A stretch of DNA of 64,000 nucleotides from Bacteroidota bacterium (GCA_039819665.1 JBCBRM010000035.1:25343-89342); one strand, 5' to 3'. Shown: positions 39,127-49,234, counted from the stretch's first letter. Numbers and translations: made by a program. The notes: a model not told the origin generated them from the letters alone.

Positions 39127-40593
39127 TCAGCTCCATAATCTATCCCAGGACCTGATTTTGTCCCATTCGGGTGTGGGTCTAAAATACGTTTTATCTTCTG
39201 GAGCCAAATGCTCTTTGGCAATTTTTTCGTTTAAATCAACTCCCAGTCCGGGACTATTAGGAACATGAGCAAAGCCCTTTTCGATCATCGTATGCTCCGT
39301 TTTCACCAAATCCTCCCAATACTCCAGATCTACCGAATGATGTTCTAAAGCCATGAAATTTTGGGTAGCAGCAGCGCAGTGGACATTTGCCATAAATGAA
39401 ATCGGTGTTCCTGCAAAATGCATGGCCATTGCTATTCCTTTTTCCTCCGCATAGTCTCCAATCTTTTTCGTCTCTAGCAATCCTCCAGCCGAAGCCAAAT
39501 CCGGGTGAACAATATCGATGGCATAATTATCAATGAGTTTGATAAATTCCTCTTTCAAATAAATGTCTTCTCCTGTAGTGGTAGGCGTTTGGATAGCAAG
39601 AGAAATTTGCTTCCAATGTTCTGTAAATTTCCAGGGAATAAGGTCCTCCAGCCAGGCCAGGCGATATTTTTCGACTGCATGTCCTAAACGAATCGCATTA
39701 TTGTGGTCAAAGTGCCCATAATGGTCAGAGGCTAAAGGTATGTCATAGCCAATTTTCGCCCTTACTTTCTCTATCCTTTCCGTCATTATATCCAATCCCT
39801 TATCCGTAATCTGTACTTGGGTAAATTGATGTTCAGTAGCCCCATAGGTCATGGGTTCATTCGTCCATTGCCTCCCTATGTCCCAGAAGTTATTGTTTAC
39901 AGTTGTTCCTTCAATGCCTTTCAGCAATTCAATCCCAAAATCCATTTTCAGGAAAGTAAAGCCCTGTTCATCCATGCGCTTATTTACCCGTGCATTGAAA
40001 TCCTCCTCATTCTTTCCCATAGGCGTATCTGCATAGAGGCGCACTTTATCCCGATATTTTCCTCCCAACAATTGATAAGCGGGTACATCATAGGCTTTAC
40101 CTGCCAAATCCCAGAGTGCCATTTCAACAGCACTTACCCCTCCTCCCTGTCGACCATGAAAGCCGAATTGTTTGATGCGCTTGAAGACCATTTCCACGCT
40201 GCAGGGATTCATCCCTAAAATCCGACTCTTTAAAAAAAGCGCATAACGCCAACTTGCCTGATCCCGAACTTCACCCCAACCTGATATGCCTTGATTCGTG
40301 TCGATACGAATGATCGGACAGCGTGCATGCCCATTCATCACTACGGCATAGCGCATGTCTGTAATTTTGAGATCTGAGGGAGCTGAGAAGCGATTTATGC
40401 TGGAGGTAGTATGAGCTAATGTATCCTCCAATGGACTAAACATAAATGCTCCCAAAGCAAGTCCTCCCAGAGAAGCCTGTTTGAGAAAGTTTCTTCGATC
40501 TTTTTTGGTAAGATTCATTTCAGGGGTATCAATTCCCCATTTCCGCAGGAGTTTATCAGAAGGAGTAGTCATAGATTCCGAAATTAATAGCAA
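39127..40593 (-). CDS. enolase-superfamily enzyme (mandelate racemase / sugar-acid dehydratase type) with twin-arginine signal peptide
   Basis: 488-aa ORF; the alternative start at 40518 gives MNLTKKDRRNFLKQASLGGLALGAF, a Tat consensus. Capping domain LKITDMRYAVVMNG...IRIDTNQGISGWGEV. Barrel metal-ligand contexts FLKMDFG, WLEDLIP, TTGEDIY. Confidence 0.8.
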   Translation of the reverse strand: MLLISESMTTPSDKLLRKWGIDTPEMNLTKKDRRNFLKQASLGGLALGAFMFSPLEDTLAHTTSSINRFSAPSDLKITDMRYAVVMNGHARCPIIRIDTNQGISGWGEVRDQASWRYALFLKSRILGMNPCSVEMVFKRIKQFGFHGRQGGGVSAVEMALWDLAGKAYDVPAYQLLGGKYRDKVRLYADTPMGKNEEDFNARVNKRMDEQGFTFLKMDFGIELLKGIEGTTVNNNFWDIGRQWTNEPMTYGATEHQFTQVQITDKGLDIMTERIEKVRAKIGYDIPLASDHYGHFDHNNAIRLGHAVEKYRLAWLEDLIPWKFTEHWKQISLAIQTPTTTGEDIYLKEEFIKLIDNYAIDIVHPDLASAGGLLETKKIGDYAEEKGIAMAMHFAGTPISFMANVHCAAATQNFMALEHHSVDLEYWEDLVKTEHTMIEKGFAHVPNSPGLGVDLNEKIAKEHLAPEDKTYFRPTPEWDKIRSWDRLWS

Positions 40594-40645
40594 GGGATAT
40601 CCTTTGACCTAAAATACAGAATCTATCTCCTTTAATCCAGCATCG

Positions 40646-41635
40646 CTAACTGGAAGATATAGCAAAGAAAATTCGTGCACTGATATGAGGGGAAATCCTG
40701 CTCTGAAAATCGTGTAAGATGATATTGCTATTGTCCCAGGAACGAATTCTATCCCTTATAGGAATATTGACCCCTGCATCAAGCCCTATCCCAATGTATT
40801 TACTTAGCATCCGTTCATAGCCCAGGTAGCCATGCAAGGTAATGCGTTGGTATAAAGAATTGGTAAAGAGTTGCTCCTGGTCCAGAAAGTAGGAACCGGC
40901 ACTTCCCCGAATCCCCATAATCAGGCGATTGCTATTATTGAAATTTCGGATCAACTGTGCTTTAACTGGTAGAAGCATATCCACGGTCCAGTTGTGGTTG
41001 AGTTTTTCTTTATAGGTAAAGATGGGAATTACCGCTAATCTGAATTGATAATTCACATTCAATCCAAATCCTATTGTTCTTCTACGTGTGCTATGTTCAA
41101 AGACTGCTGCGGCCTTGTAAGAATGGGAATTAGGATTGTTGGAAAAGAATCGTGTTGAGGAGCTACTGAAAGCCGCTTGTAACTTAAAATCCCACAGGTG
41201 GCCCATATCATGGAGTACAATCAGGCCAAATCCGGTCTTTTGTAAGGAGAGTCCCGAACCCCACCTTTGATCCAGGCCATCCCATTCACCATTATCCATA
41301 GTGTAAAACCCGGATGACATCTCATTCCTATATGACAATTCCCCCAAAATTTTGGTTTGTTTACCAAGTAGCATCGGAAATCTCATCTGGAAATCGATAG
41401 ATTGGCTGGGTTCGTCATCAGGCGCAGCCATAGACTGCCCCTGATCTCCTAGCACCCAGGTAGGTTGGGAAAGGGTCTGATAATTGAGTCTCAACAGCCT
41501 TGGGCCAGAAAGGTCTTGTGCCTTGCAAGGTTTTATTCCCGCAAACATAGAGAAGAGACAACAGCACTTAAGTAAAGACCATAGCTTTAACTTACGGCTT
41601 CGCCGGGGTGTGAAAGTAGTTGATCCTTGATTCAT
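40646..41635 (-). CDS. hypothetical outer-membrane beta-barrel-like protein
   Basis: 329-aa ORF. N-terminal hydrophobic segment WSLLKCCCLFSMFAGIKPCKAQ and alternating beta-strand-like pattern throughout. No family recognised. Confidence 0.55.
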   Translation of the reverse strand: MNQGSTTFTPRRSRKLKLWSLLKCCCLFSMFAGIKPCKAQDLSGPRLLRLNYQTLSQPTWVLGDQGQSMAAPDDEPSQSIDFQMRFPMLLGKQTKILGELSYRNEMSSGFYTMDNGEWDGLDQRWGSGLSLQKTGFGLIVLHDMGHLWDFKLQAAFSSSSTRFFSNNPNSHSYKAAAVFEHSTRRRTIGFGLNVNYQFRLAVIPIFTYKEKLNHNWTVDMLLPVKAQLIRNFNNSNRLIMGIRGSAGSYFLDQEQLFTNSLYQRITLHGYLGYERMLSKYIGIGLDAGVNIPIRDRIRSWDNSNIILHDFQSRISPHISARIFFAISSS

Positions 41636-42181
41636 TTCGCCTAAGAAAATGCTCCAATCAGATGACGTAAAACGTACAGTAAAAACGAAGTAAAAATCTT
41701 TATAGTATTTGGGAATTTGCTTTTGCTTTCGACAAGAGGAACCTTATTATAGACTGTGATTACTAGAAAAAAGTTGCACCTGTGTAAGGATTTTTTTCAA
41801 TTGCTCAAAATTTCTCAAAAAGGGCTTATTTTGGCTGTATAGTCAGCTTTTTCATTCGTCTAGGAGATGCGGTATTACGTCGAAGAAATCCCATGATTTA
41901 GGGCCATTAACAAAATTTTATGAGAATAAAATATATTTTTGCTAAACCTTAAAGGACATCAGTCGTATTTCAAGTATCTCACCGAAAGCACAGTCTATCC
42001 CCAAAACCCAGGCCCGTCTAATTGTTTAGGAGTTCGTCGTTGACAGCTTACTTTACTAATCACGTTTATTCCTTACTCGCGTCACGATTTGCATCACCGA
42101 AAGCCTATAAAAAAATATAGGAATGGGAATTCTATGTTGAATTTCCAACAAGATGTAGAACACTAAAACTTAAACGATTTT

Positions 42182-42745
42182 ATGAAGACTTCTTTGTTAA
42201 TCATCGGCACCTTACTTTTCGCTCAACTCGCTTTCGCACAATCTTATAGTGTCGAATTGGCAGAGTTACCTACCACTCCTGGCGAATCTTTAGCCTGGGA
42301 TGGAGCAAACAACGCACCTGAGATAAAATTTCTTTCCACTCAAAATGGATTTTGGGGAGGATTGAAAAAAGGGAGAATATTTGTTGAAGGAGATCACAGA
42401 TACTCTATCGTGAGAAAAGGAAGCAGATATTTCCTTTACAATGATTCCAAAGCTACCCAAATGGTTCGCCATAGAACCGCTTACCTTGCTCTGGATGGTA
42501 CCGAACTGAAACGCAAAACGAATGTAACCGGTGATCGAATTAGCATTATTCATCCTGATGGAACTGTACTTGCTGAAGGAAAGATCAAATCTAAAATTCT
42601 GGGTAAGCATACCCTGGTACTGGATATCGTAAAGGACTCTCCCTATACCAAAGAAATTACCGTCCTCCTATCTGTGGATTTGGTAGAAACCCTGAAAAAC
42701 AGATATGACTGGACTCCGGTTGTATACACAGCAGAAACGAACTAA
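42182..42745 (+). CDS. secreted hypothetical protein
   Basis: 187-aa ORF with signal peptide MKTSLLIIGTLLFAQLAFAQ, followed by a good terminator. No family recognised. Confidence 0.6.
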   Translation: MKTSLLIIGTLLFAQLAFAQSYSVELAELPTTPGESLAWDGANNAPEIKFLSTQNGFWGGLKKGRIFVEGDHRYSIVRKGSRYFLYNDSKATQMVRHRTAYLALDGTELKRKTNVTGDRISIIHPDGTVLAEGKIKSKILGKHTLVLDIVKDSPYTKEITVLLSVDLVETLKNRYDWTPVVYTAETN

Positions 42746-42785
42746 GATTTCATCACACTTATATAAAAGCGTTAGATTAGACCAG

Positions 42786-42819
42786 CGGCAAACTCGTTTT
42801 GAGTTTGCCGTTTCTTTTT
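42786..42819 (+). terminator. rho-independent terminator between convergent genes
   Basis: CGGCAAACTC (42786-42795), loop GTTTT, GAGTTTGCCG (42801-42810): a perfect 10-bp stem followed by TTTCTTTTT. Confidence 0.8.
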
Positions 42820-42851
42820 CTGGTCTCATCTGGTAATGAAAGGGTTGATGA

Positions 42852-43325
42852 TTATCCTCTATAAGGCGTTGGTATACGCTTGTATATCTTCCGAACCTTA
42901 GCTCCATTGGCCTTCCAGACCAAAACAAGCTCATCAGCCGAATAGGATTCTACTTCATAAGGTATAGGAGGGTTCACTCCGTTCAAATCATATCCGTTGG
43001 CACTTTTGCATAGGAATACGATTTTATCTTCTCTTTTGTCTATGGTCCAAAGCCCTCCCATCTGTTGTCCATCCTCTACTTCTTCATAACTTCCGTCAGC
43101 CCACATCCGCAGTTGGTAAACATTATCCTCTCCAAATCCAGCATTACCACCAGCCAGTTCCCAACTCATAATTTTTTCACTCTTGATATCGCCAAGTAGT
43201 CCATCCAGTGCTGAATCAACTTGCCCGGGAGCAAAAGCAGTGGATAGAACAAAAATGCCCAGGAGACTGATGCTTGGTAAGATCAGTTTTGTCCAGGCAG
43301 TAGATTCTCGTTTGATAAAAAGCAT
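42852..43325 (-). CDS. secreted hypothetical protein (lipocalin-size)
   Basis: 157-aa ORF with N-terminal hydrophobic segment LILPSISLLGIFVLSTAFA. No family recognised. Confidence 0.55.
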   Translation of the reverse strand: MLFIKRESTAWTKLILPSISLLGIFVLSTAFAPGQVDSALDGLLGDIKSEKIMSWELAGGNAGFGEDNVYQLRMWADGSYEEVEDGQQMGGLWTIDKREDKIVFLCKSANGYDLNGVNPPIPYEVESYSADELVLVWKANGAKVRKIYKRIPTPYRG

Positions 43326-43597
43326 AAGGGGTTTTTCGTTTTATGATTAAAAGATGCTATCTAAAAATCCAACAAAAGTGCCAGCGGACAGGAATTTGAA
43401 TAGATCTACTGACTATCAGGTGTTTAACAAAATATATTTAGTACGGAAAGCGAAAGTATTTTCTCAATTAGAGAAAGTGAGCATCATTTTGGGAAGAAAA
43501 GCAGATCAAATCTGCAAAGGCAAAAAGAAAATGTCGCATAAGCGATACTCTGTAATTCTAAATTATTTTACCTAGCTTTCTATTAGAAACTGATAAT

Positions 43598-44287
43598 TTG
43601 ACCCAATCAAAAACTGGCATATTATTCTTTAGTAGAAATCCTTTTCAGGAATCTCGACATAAACAGGTGCACAAGGATAGAGAAAAGAATTTCAAGGCCC
43701 TTCATCTGATGTATGATGGGGTTAAAAAGGCCATTGCCGGTTCTGAGATTCCTGCCATAGAGTTAGGACATCAATTGCAATCGGGAAATTCTTTTGCAGA
43801 AAGAATGTGTGAAGGGCTGAAATCCCTGTTTGCACAAGGCTTTGATCAGTTGATTGTGATTGGTAATGACTGTCCGCATTTGGAAGCGGAGGATCTTCTG
43901 TTAGCGAAAAAAGAATTACTTTCCGGGAAAAGTGTGATAGGCTATGAAAAAGATGGTGGTGCCTACCTTTTTGCCCTTTCCAAAGAGAATTTCGATGAGC
44001 AAGCCTTTCTGCAGCTTCCCTGGCAAAGTGAAAATCTAGGACAAGCTTTATTTGATTACCTCTCTTCCGATAGAGAAATCATCGAACTTGAAGAAAAAGA
44101 AGATATAGATAATGTAGAAGATCTTCTTTGGCTGGTTTTATCTCTACGGATCTCTCAGATCCTTTTATTACTCCGTAAGCTTTTCAATACAGCATTCAAG
44201 AGAGAAAAGGAACTTCCCATTCATTATTCGCGGCTCCCCGGTCCAGAGCAATCCTTAAGAGCACCCCCATTTTCTCTTTCCCTTTAA
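43598..44287 (+). CDS. DUF2064-family nucleotidyl/glycosyl-transferase-like protein (the 'rSAM/selenodomain-associated transferase 1' type)
   Basis: 229-aa ORF with TTG start. GILFFSRNP..., LIVIGNDCPHLEAEDLLLAKKEL, VIGYEKDGGAYLFALSKENFDE and LPWQSENL match the DUF2064 pattern (G-x-D-x-P, DGGYyL, W-s-T) as I remember it. Confidence 0.6.
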   Translation: MTQSKTGILFFSRNPFQESRHKQVHKDREKNFKALHLMYDGVKKAIAGSEIPAIELGHQLQSGNSFAERMCEGLKSLFAQGFDQLIVIGNDCPHLEAEDLLLAKKELLSGKSVIGYEKDGGAYLFALSKENFDEQAFLQLPWQSENLGQALFDYLSSDREIIELEEKEDIDNVEDLLWLVLSLRISQILLLLRKLFNTAFKREKELPIHYSRLPGPEQSLRAPPFSLSL

Positions 44288-44423
44288 TTTTCTTTTCCTC
44301 CCAGAAAAGGAAGGCATATGCCATTCAGCATAGCTGAATAGGTCTATTCACACATTAGGTATCCGAATCAGTGAATCATGGCTGTTTCGATGCATGTATT
44401 TCACCTAAATTCTAAAAACATAT

Positions 44424-47400
44424 ATGATAGGCGACAGGGTCCTGTACGGACTTATATTTATATGGAGCGTTTTTGCTCCGCGGATGACTTTTGCCCAGAC
44501 GAAAAATATATCTGGAATTGTAAAAAGTCCTGAAGGCATCATAATTGGTGCTAGTATCCTCAATAAGGTAACTAAGCAAGGAGCAATAAGTGATGAGCAA
44601 GGAAAATTTTCTCTCGGAGCCAGCAATGGAGACAAAATCCAAATCAATTATCTGGGCTATGAACCCTATGAATTTATCGTTAAGAAAATCGGTTTTTATG
44701 AAATTGTACTTAGTGAAGCCAGTCTTGAACTAAATGAGGTATTTATTACGGCTTTAGGATTGGAGAGAAAAGCCGAAGATCTCGGTTATGTGGTACAAAA
44801 AGTTGATGCTGAAGAATTAACAGGGGTAAAGGCCGTCAACTTTCTCGATAATCTGGGGGCCAAAGTTGCAGGACTTACGGTAAATCAGGGAGCTACTGGC
44901 GTGGGTTCGTCTACAAAAGTTACGATCCGAGGGGAGGCTTCTTTCACCAACAATAATCCTCTTTTCGTAGTCGATGGAGTGATCATCAATAATAACTCTA
45001 TTCTCAATTTCACCAATGAAGCGGCAGCAGGATTTCAGGAGGTTGATTTTGGGAATGGCGCCATGTCTGTCAATCCTGACGATATAGCTTCCGTTTCTGT
45101 GTTGAAGGGACCGGGGGCTGCAGCTCTATATGGAACCCGTGCCTCCAATGGTGTGATCATCATTACAACCAAGGACGGTTCTGAAAAAAATAGGGAATTC
45201 AGTTTTAGCTCAACTACCTTTATTGAAAAACCCTTTCAGCTTCCTCGCTTTCAAAATGAGTTTGGGCAGGGAAATAGCGGAGAATTTGCCTTTGTAGATG
45301 GATTGGGTGGGGGAATAAATGATAATATTACCTATAGCTATGGTCCTGAGCTGGATGTAGGTTTGTTGATTCCTCAGCATGATAGCCCGGTTACCTTGTC
45401 GGACGGCAGAGTTGTGAGGGGAGGAGATGTGGCTGTTCACGGAGGTTTGCCCATTACCCCAACTCCTTTTACGTCCAGCCCGGATAATGTGAAGAACTTC
45501 TATGAAACTGGAGTAACTACTATTAATAATCTTGCTTTTTCAGGTACATCCGAAAATGGGAATTATCGTTTGTCCTTGACAGACCTGAGGAGCGAATCTG
45601 CCATTCCCGGAGTTGATCTGGATCGCAAGACTGCATCAGCTCGACTGGCCTTTCGCCCACTCAAAGGCTTAGAGATCGCTTCCAGCATCAATTATATCCA
45701 TAGCCAAAGTCGCAACAGACCGGCTAATGGATATGGTTCGGAGAATATCAATTATTCCATTGTAGCATGGCTAGGGAGACAAACGGATTTGGAACCCTTA
45801 AGAGATTATTGGCAGCCGGGCCTTGAGGATGTGCAACAGTACTCTTTCAATTATACTTTTTTCGACAATCCCTATTTCATTCTGCTCGAAAACCGAAATT
45901 CCTTTCAGAGAAATCGTGTCTTTGGAAATCTCGTGGCTTCTTATCAGTTCAATGAAAATCTGAGCCTGAGAGTACGGAGTGGAATGGATTACTCAGATGA
46001 GGGACGAAGATTCAGGCGAGCCTTCAGTTCCAACCGATTCAGAAATGGTGCTTATGCCGAGCATGATGTATTCTTTAGAGAAATCAATACGGACTTTCTC
46101 CTGAATTACAATCGCCAGCTGGGAGACATTGGATTTGACCTTTCACTGGGAGGCAATCGCATGGATCAGGAAGCAGCTACCGTTCAAACGCAAGCGACCT
46201 CACTTGCCCAGCCTGGCATTTTTACCCTATCCAATGCAGCTTCTCCTCTTGAAATATTTGAGTTTGCATCTCAAAAGCGGATCAATAGCTTTTACGGTTT
46301 ATTAAAGTTAAGCTACAAGGATATTCTTTATGTTGATGTGACGGGACGAAATGATTGGTCGAGTGCACTTGCCTCTCCTCTTTCTACGGCAAATACTTCA
46401 TTTTTCTATCCCTCCTTTTCTTCCAGCTTAATCCTATCCAGAATAATCAACCTTCCCACCTGGTTCAATTTCGCCAAAGTACGGGGAAGTTGGGCGCAGG
46501 TCGGAAATGATACGAACCCTTTCCAAACCGCTGGTGTTTTTCTTGCCCAAACGCCTTTCAATTCTCAACCTACTTTCAGTGATCAGAATAGAATCGCAAA
46601 TGCAAATCTTCTGCCTGAGCAAACCAGCTCAGTAGAAGTAGGAGCTGAACTTCGATTCTTTGGAGATAGGTTGACCGTTGATGCGACCTATTACAATGCG
46701 CTTACCGATAATCAGATCATTTCCTTGCCCATTGCAATCTCTTCCGGATACAATGAGCAAGTAGTAAATGGCGGAGCTGTTCGTTCGGAAGGAGTAGAAC
46801 TGATTTTGGGGCTAAGGCCTATCTACAATCGTAAGTTTAAGTGGCGCATGTTCTTCAACTTTAGCAGAAATGTAGCTACAGTTGAGTCCCTTCCCGTTGA
46901 AGCGGAGCGTTTGACCCTGGCTTATACCCGGGTGTATGACAATGTCAATCAAACAGTCTGGTATCAGGTGCGCGAAGGAGATAGAATCGGCGATATGTGG
47001 GGAACGGGTTATCTGCGAAATGAAAATGGAGATTTTGTGGTCAATGAGCAGGGACGTTTCATCGTAGACAATACCCTCAAGAAACTGGGCAATTATAATC
47101 CCGATTTCATCCTGGGCTTCAACAACCAAATCGAGTGGAACAATTTCAAACTGGGTTTTGTGGTGGATTGGAGACAAGGAGGGGAACTTATTTCTCGTAC
47201 GCAAGCTTTAGCCGGGGTAGGAGGGCAGTTGGAAGAAACCGCTTTCAGGCCTGAAGGAGGAATTATCATTGACGGGGTACAGAACATCGGTTCTGCGACC
47301 GAACCCAATTATGTACAAAATACAACGGCAATTTCTCCAGAAGCCTATTATCGTCAATTCTACGATAGAAACCACGAGGAGAACAATACCTATGACGCTA

Positions 47401-47630
47401 GCTATGTGAAACTGCGAGAATTCAGCCTGGGCTATAATTTCCCCATTACAGGAAGTATAGAATCTCTAAGAATATCGTTGATAGGTAGAAATCTTTTAGC
47501 CATTTCCGGCATCCCGCATTTTGATCCCGAGCAGCTAGCCGTTCAGGGCAACAACTTTGTCCTCGGTGTTGAGGATATGTCTTATCCCACTGTCAGAAGC
47601 TTTGGAGTTAATGTCGGTATTGAATTTTAG
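44424..47630 (+). CDS. susC: SusC/RagA-family TonB-linked outer-membrane transporter
   Basis: 1068-aa ORF. Signal peptide, carboxypeptidase-regulatory-like domain (ISGIVKSPEGIIIGASILNK...GKFSL), plug (ITALGLERKAEDLGYVVQKV; ASVSVLKGPGAAALYGTRASNGVIIITTK), long barrel ending ...RSFGVNVGIEF. Confidence 0.95.
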   Translation: MIGDRVLYGLIFIWSVFAPRMTFAQTKNISGIVKSPEGIIIGASILNKVTKQGAISDEQGKFSLGASNGDKIQINYLGYEPYEFIVKKIGFYEIVLSEASLELNEVFITALGLERKAEDLGYVVQKVDAEELTGVKAVNFLDNLGAKVAGLTVNQGATGVGSSTKVTIRGEASFTNNNPLFVVDGVIINNNSILNFTNEAAAGFQEVDFGNGAMSVNPDDIASVSVLKGPGAAALYGTRASNGVIIITTKDGSEKNREFSFSSTTFIEKPFQLPRFQNEFGQGNSGEFAFVDGLGGGINDNITYSYGPELDVGLLIPQHDSPVTLSDGRVVRGGDVAVHGGLPITPTPFTSSPDNVKNFYETGVTTINNLAFSGTSENGNYRLSLTDLRSESAIPGVDLDRKTASARLAFRPLKGLEIASSINYIHSQSRNRPANGYGSENINYSIVAWLGRQTDLEPLRDYWQPGLEDVQQYSFNYTFFDNPYFILLENRNSFQRNRVFGNLVASYQFNENLSLRVRSGMDYSDEGRRFRRAFSSNRFRNGAYAEHDVFFREINTDFLLNYNRQLGDIGFDLSLGGNRMDQEAATVQTQATSLAQPGIFTLSNAASPLEIFEFASQKRINSFYGLLKLSYKDILYVDVTGRNDWSSALASPLSTANTSFFYPSFSSSLILSRIINLPTWFNFAKVRGSWAQVGNDTNPFQTAGVFLAQTPFNSQPTFSDQNRIANANLLPEQTSSVEVGAELRFFGDRLTVDATYYNALTDNQIISLPIAISSGYNEQVVNGGAVRSEGVELILGLRPIYNRKFKWRMFFNFSRNVATVESLPVEAERLTLAYTRVYDNVNQTVWYQVREGDRIGDMWGTGYLRNENGDFVVNEQGRFIVDNTLKKLGNYNPDFILGFNNQIEWNNFKLGFVVDWRQGGELISRTQALAGVGGQLEETAFRPEGGIIIDGVQNIGSATEPNYVQNTTAISPEAYYRQFYDRNHEENNTYDASYVKLREFSLGYNFPITGSIESLRISLIGRNLLAISGIPHFDPEQLAVQGNNFVLGVEDMSYPTVRSFGVNVGIEF

Positions 47631-47673
47631 GAATAAATCTCTTTGCAACATTTTAGAAAAGTTGCGCAAAATC

Positions 47674-47725
47674 GGAACGGCCCAACCAAGGCCTACACGC
47701 AAGTCCATCCGCCCACGGCCGTTCC
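47674..47725 (+). other. GC-rich stem-loop in the unusually long SusC-SusD spacer
   Basis: GGAACGGCC (47674-47682) pairs perfectly with GGCCGTTCC (47717-47725) around a 34-nt GC-rich loop. The surrounding DNA is AT-rich. Confidence 0.4.
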
Positions 47726-47760
47726 AACTCCAGCGCGCTTATCTGAAATAAAGAATCAAT

Positions 47761-49206
47761 ATGAAAATCATACACCTTATATATATAAGCTTATTCGCAC
47801 TACTGATTTCCTCCTGTGCAGATCAGTTTGAGGAGATCAATACCAATCCCAACGCACCCATTGATGTGGAGTCGAGTTTGTTGCTCCGGCATGTCTTGTT
47901 TGACTATGCTGAGCAGATGTCCTATGAAGGTTTTGTAGCAGGGAATCTGCTAGGTCAGTATTTCACTGCTATCGATTTCAACCTATTCGATAGACATAGT
48001 TTGACGGAGACACAGTTTGGGGGAAATCCCTGGCCCATTCTTTATACCAATCTCCGGGATAATGAGATCATTTTGGAGAAAGCAAGATCAGAAGCCACGG
48101 CGGAAGTTTATGAAGGTCCTGCTTTGATCTTAAAAGCCTATATGACAGCAGCTCTGACCGATATGTATGGAAATGTTCCTTATAAAGAGGCATTAAATGG
48201 GAAAGAAGGAACGGTTACCCCCCTTTATGATGAGCAGGAAGACATTTATCTGGGCGAAAATGGAATTCTGGATAATCTGGAAAAGGCAATTTTGGCCATC
48301 AACAACTATCAGGGAAGTATCGCTTTGGACGGAGATATCCTCTTTAATGGGAACCTGAATGCATGGCTGCGTTTTGCCAATTCCCTCAAACTTAAATACC
48401 TCATGCGATGCAGCGAACAGCATGATAGCAGAGCTATGGTACAGGCTATTTACGATGAAGGGAATTTTATCAGAGTGAATCAGCAAAATGCCACTTTCGA
48501 CTTCACCAATACCGAACCCAATAACTTTCGATTGGCTAGCGCTCGTATTGGGGATTTCAACCTCTTCATCATGTCGGAGACGATGGAGGAAATTCTGAAG
48601 GATTTGAACGACCCTCGTATGGCAGTTTTCTTTCGCCCAACCTCCAACAACCCCAACGAGTTCAACGGATTATTGAATGGTCCTGATGCTTCACAGACCT
48701 CTATTTCAGTTGCAGATTTCTCTTTGTCTGGAACCATTTTCAGAGAACGAACAGGAAATCTGGACGCCAACTATATGACGGCCTGGGAAACACATTTCCT
48801 CTTGGCGGAGGCTGCTGAAAGAGGTTGGATCAATGCAGATGCTCAAACTTTGTATGAAGAAGGAGTAAGACTGGCCTTTGAATACTGGCAAACGGAGATG
48901 CCTGCCGATTACCTAACAACTGGAAATGCGGCTTTTGGGCAGAATGGAGCTAATCCTATTGAGCAGATTATCACGCAAAAGTGGCTGGCCAATATTGTCA
49001 ATGGCTATGAAGGATGGATCGAGTATCGCAGAACCGGCTTTCCCCGGCTAAAAACGGTCTCTGCCAGTCTGAACAATGACTTGATTCCGGTTCGACTTCC
49101 TTATCCCACAGATGAAGCTGCTTTGAATACAGCCAATTATAATGTTGCGGCATCGGCTACGGATGGGAACAGCGTTAATTCAGCAGTTTGGTGGGATGTG
49201 GATTAG
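47761..49206 (+). CDS. susD: SusD/RagB-family lipoprotein (SusD-like_2 type)
   Basis: 481-aa ORF directly after SusC. Lipobox LLISSC followed by ADQFEEINTNPNAP. C-terminal QKWLANIVNGYEGWIEYRRTGFPRL is typical of SusD-like proteins. Confidence 0.9.
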   Translation: MKIIHLIYISLFALLISSCADQFEEINTNPNAPIDVESSLLLRHVLFDYAEQMSYEGFVAGNLLGQYFTAIDFNLFDRHSLTETQFGGNPWPILYTNLRDNEIILEKARSEATAEVYEGPALILKAYMTAALTDMYGNVPYKEALNGKEGTVTPLYDEQEDIYLGENGILDNLEKAILAINNYQGSIALDGDILFNGNLNAWLRFANSLKLKYLMRCSEQHDSRAMVQAIYDEGNFIRVNQQNATFDFTNTEPNNFRLASARIGDFNLFIMSETMEEILKDLNDPRMAVFFRPTSNNPNEFNGLLNGPDASQTSISVADFSLSGTIFRERTGNLDANYMTAWETHFLLAEAAERGWINADAQTLYEEGVRLAFEYWQTEMPADYLTTGNAAFGQNGANPIEQIITQKWLANIVNGYEGWIEYRRTGFPRLKTVSASLNNDLIPVRLPYPTDEAALNTANYNVAASATDGNSVNSAVWWDVD

Positions 49207-49234
49207 AGAGAAAATGATTAGGACCACAAAAAAA

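Noticed and set aside
43354-43575. 73-aa plus-strand ORF upstream of the DUF2064 gene
   Set aside because: It is a Lys/Asn-rich translation of AT-rich intergenic DNA, with no signal, motif or coupling to neighbours.
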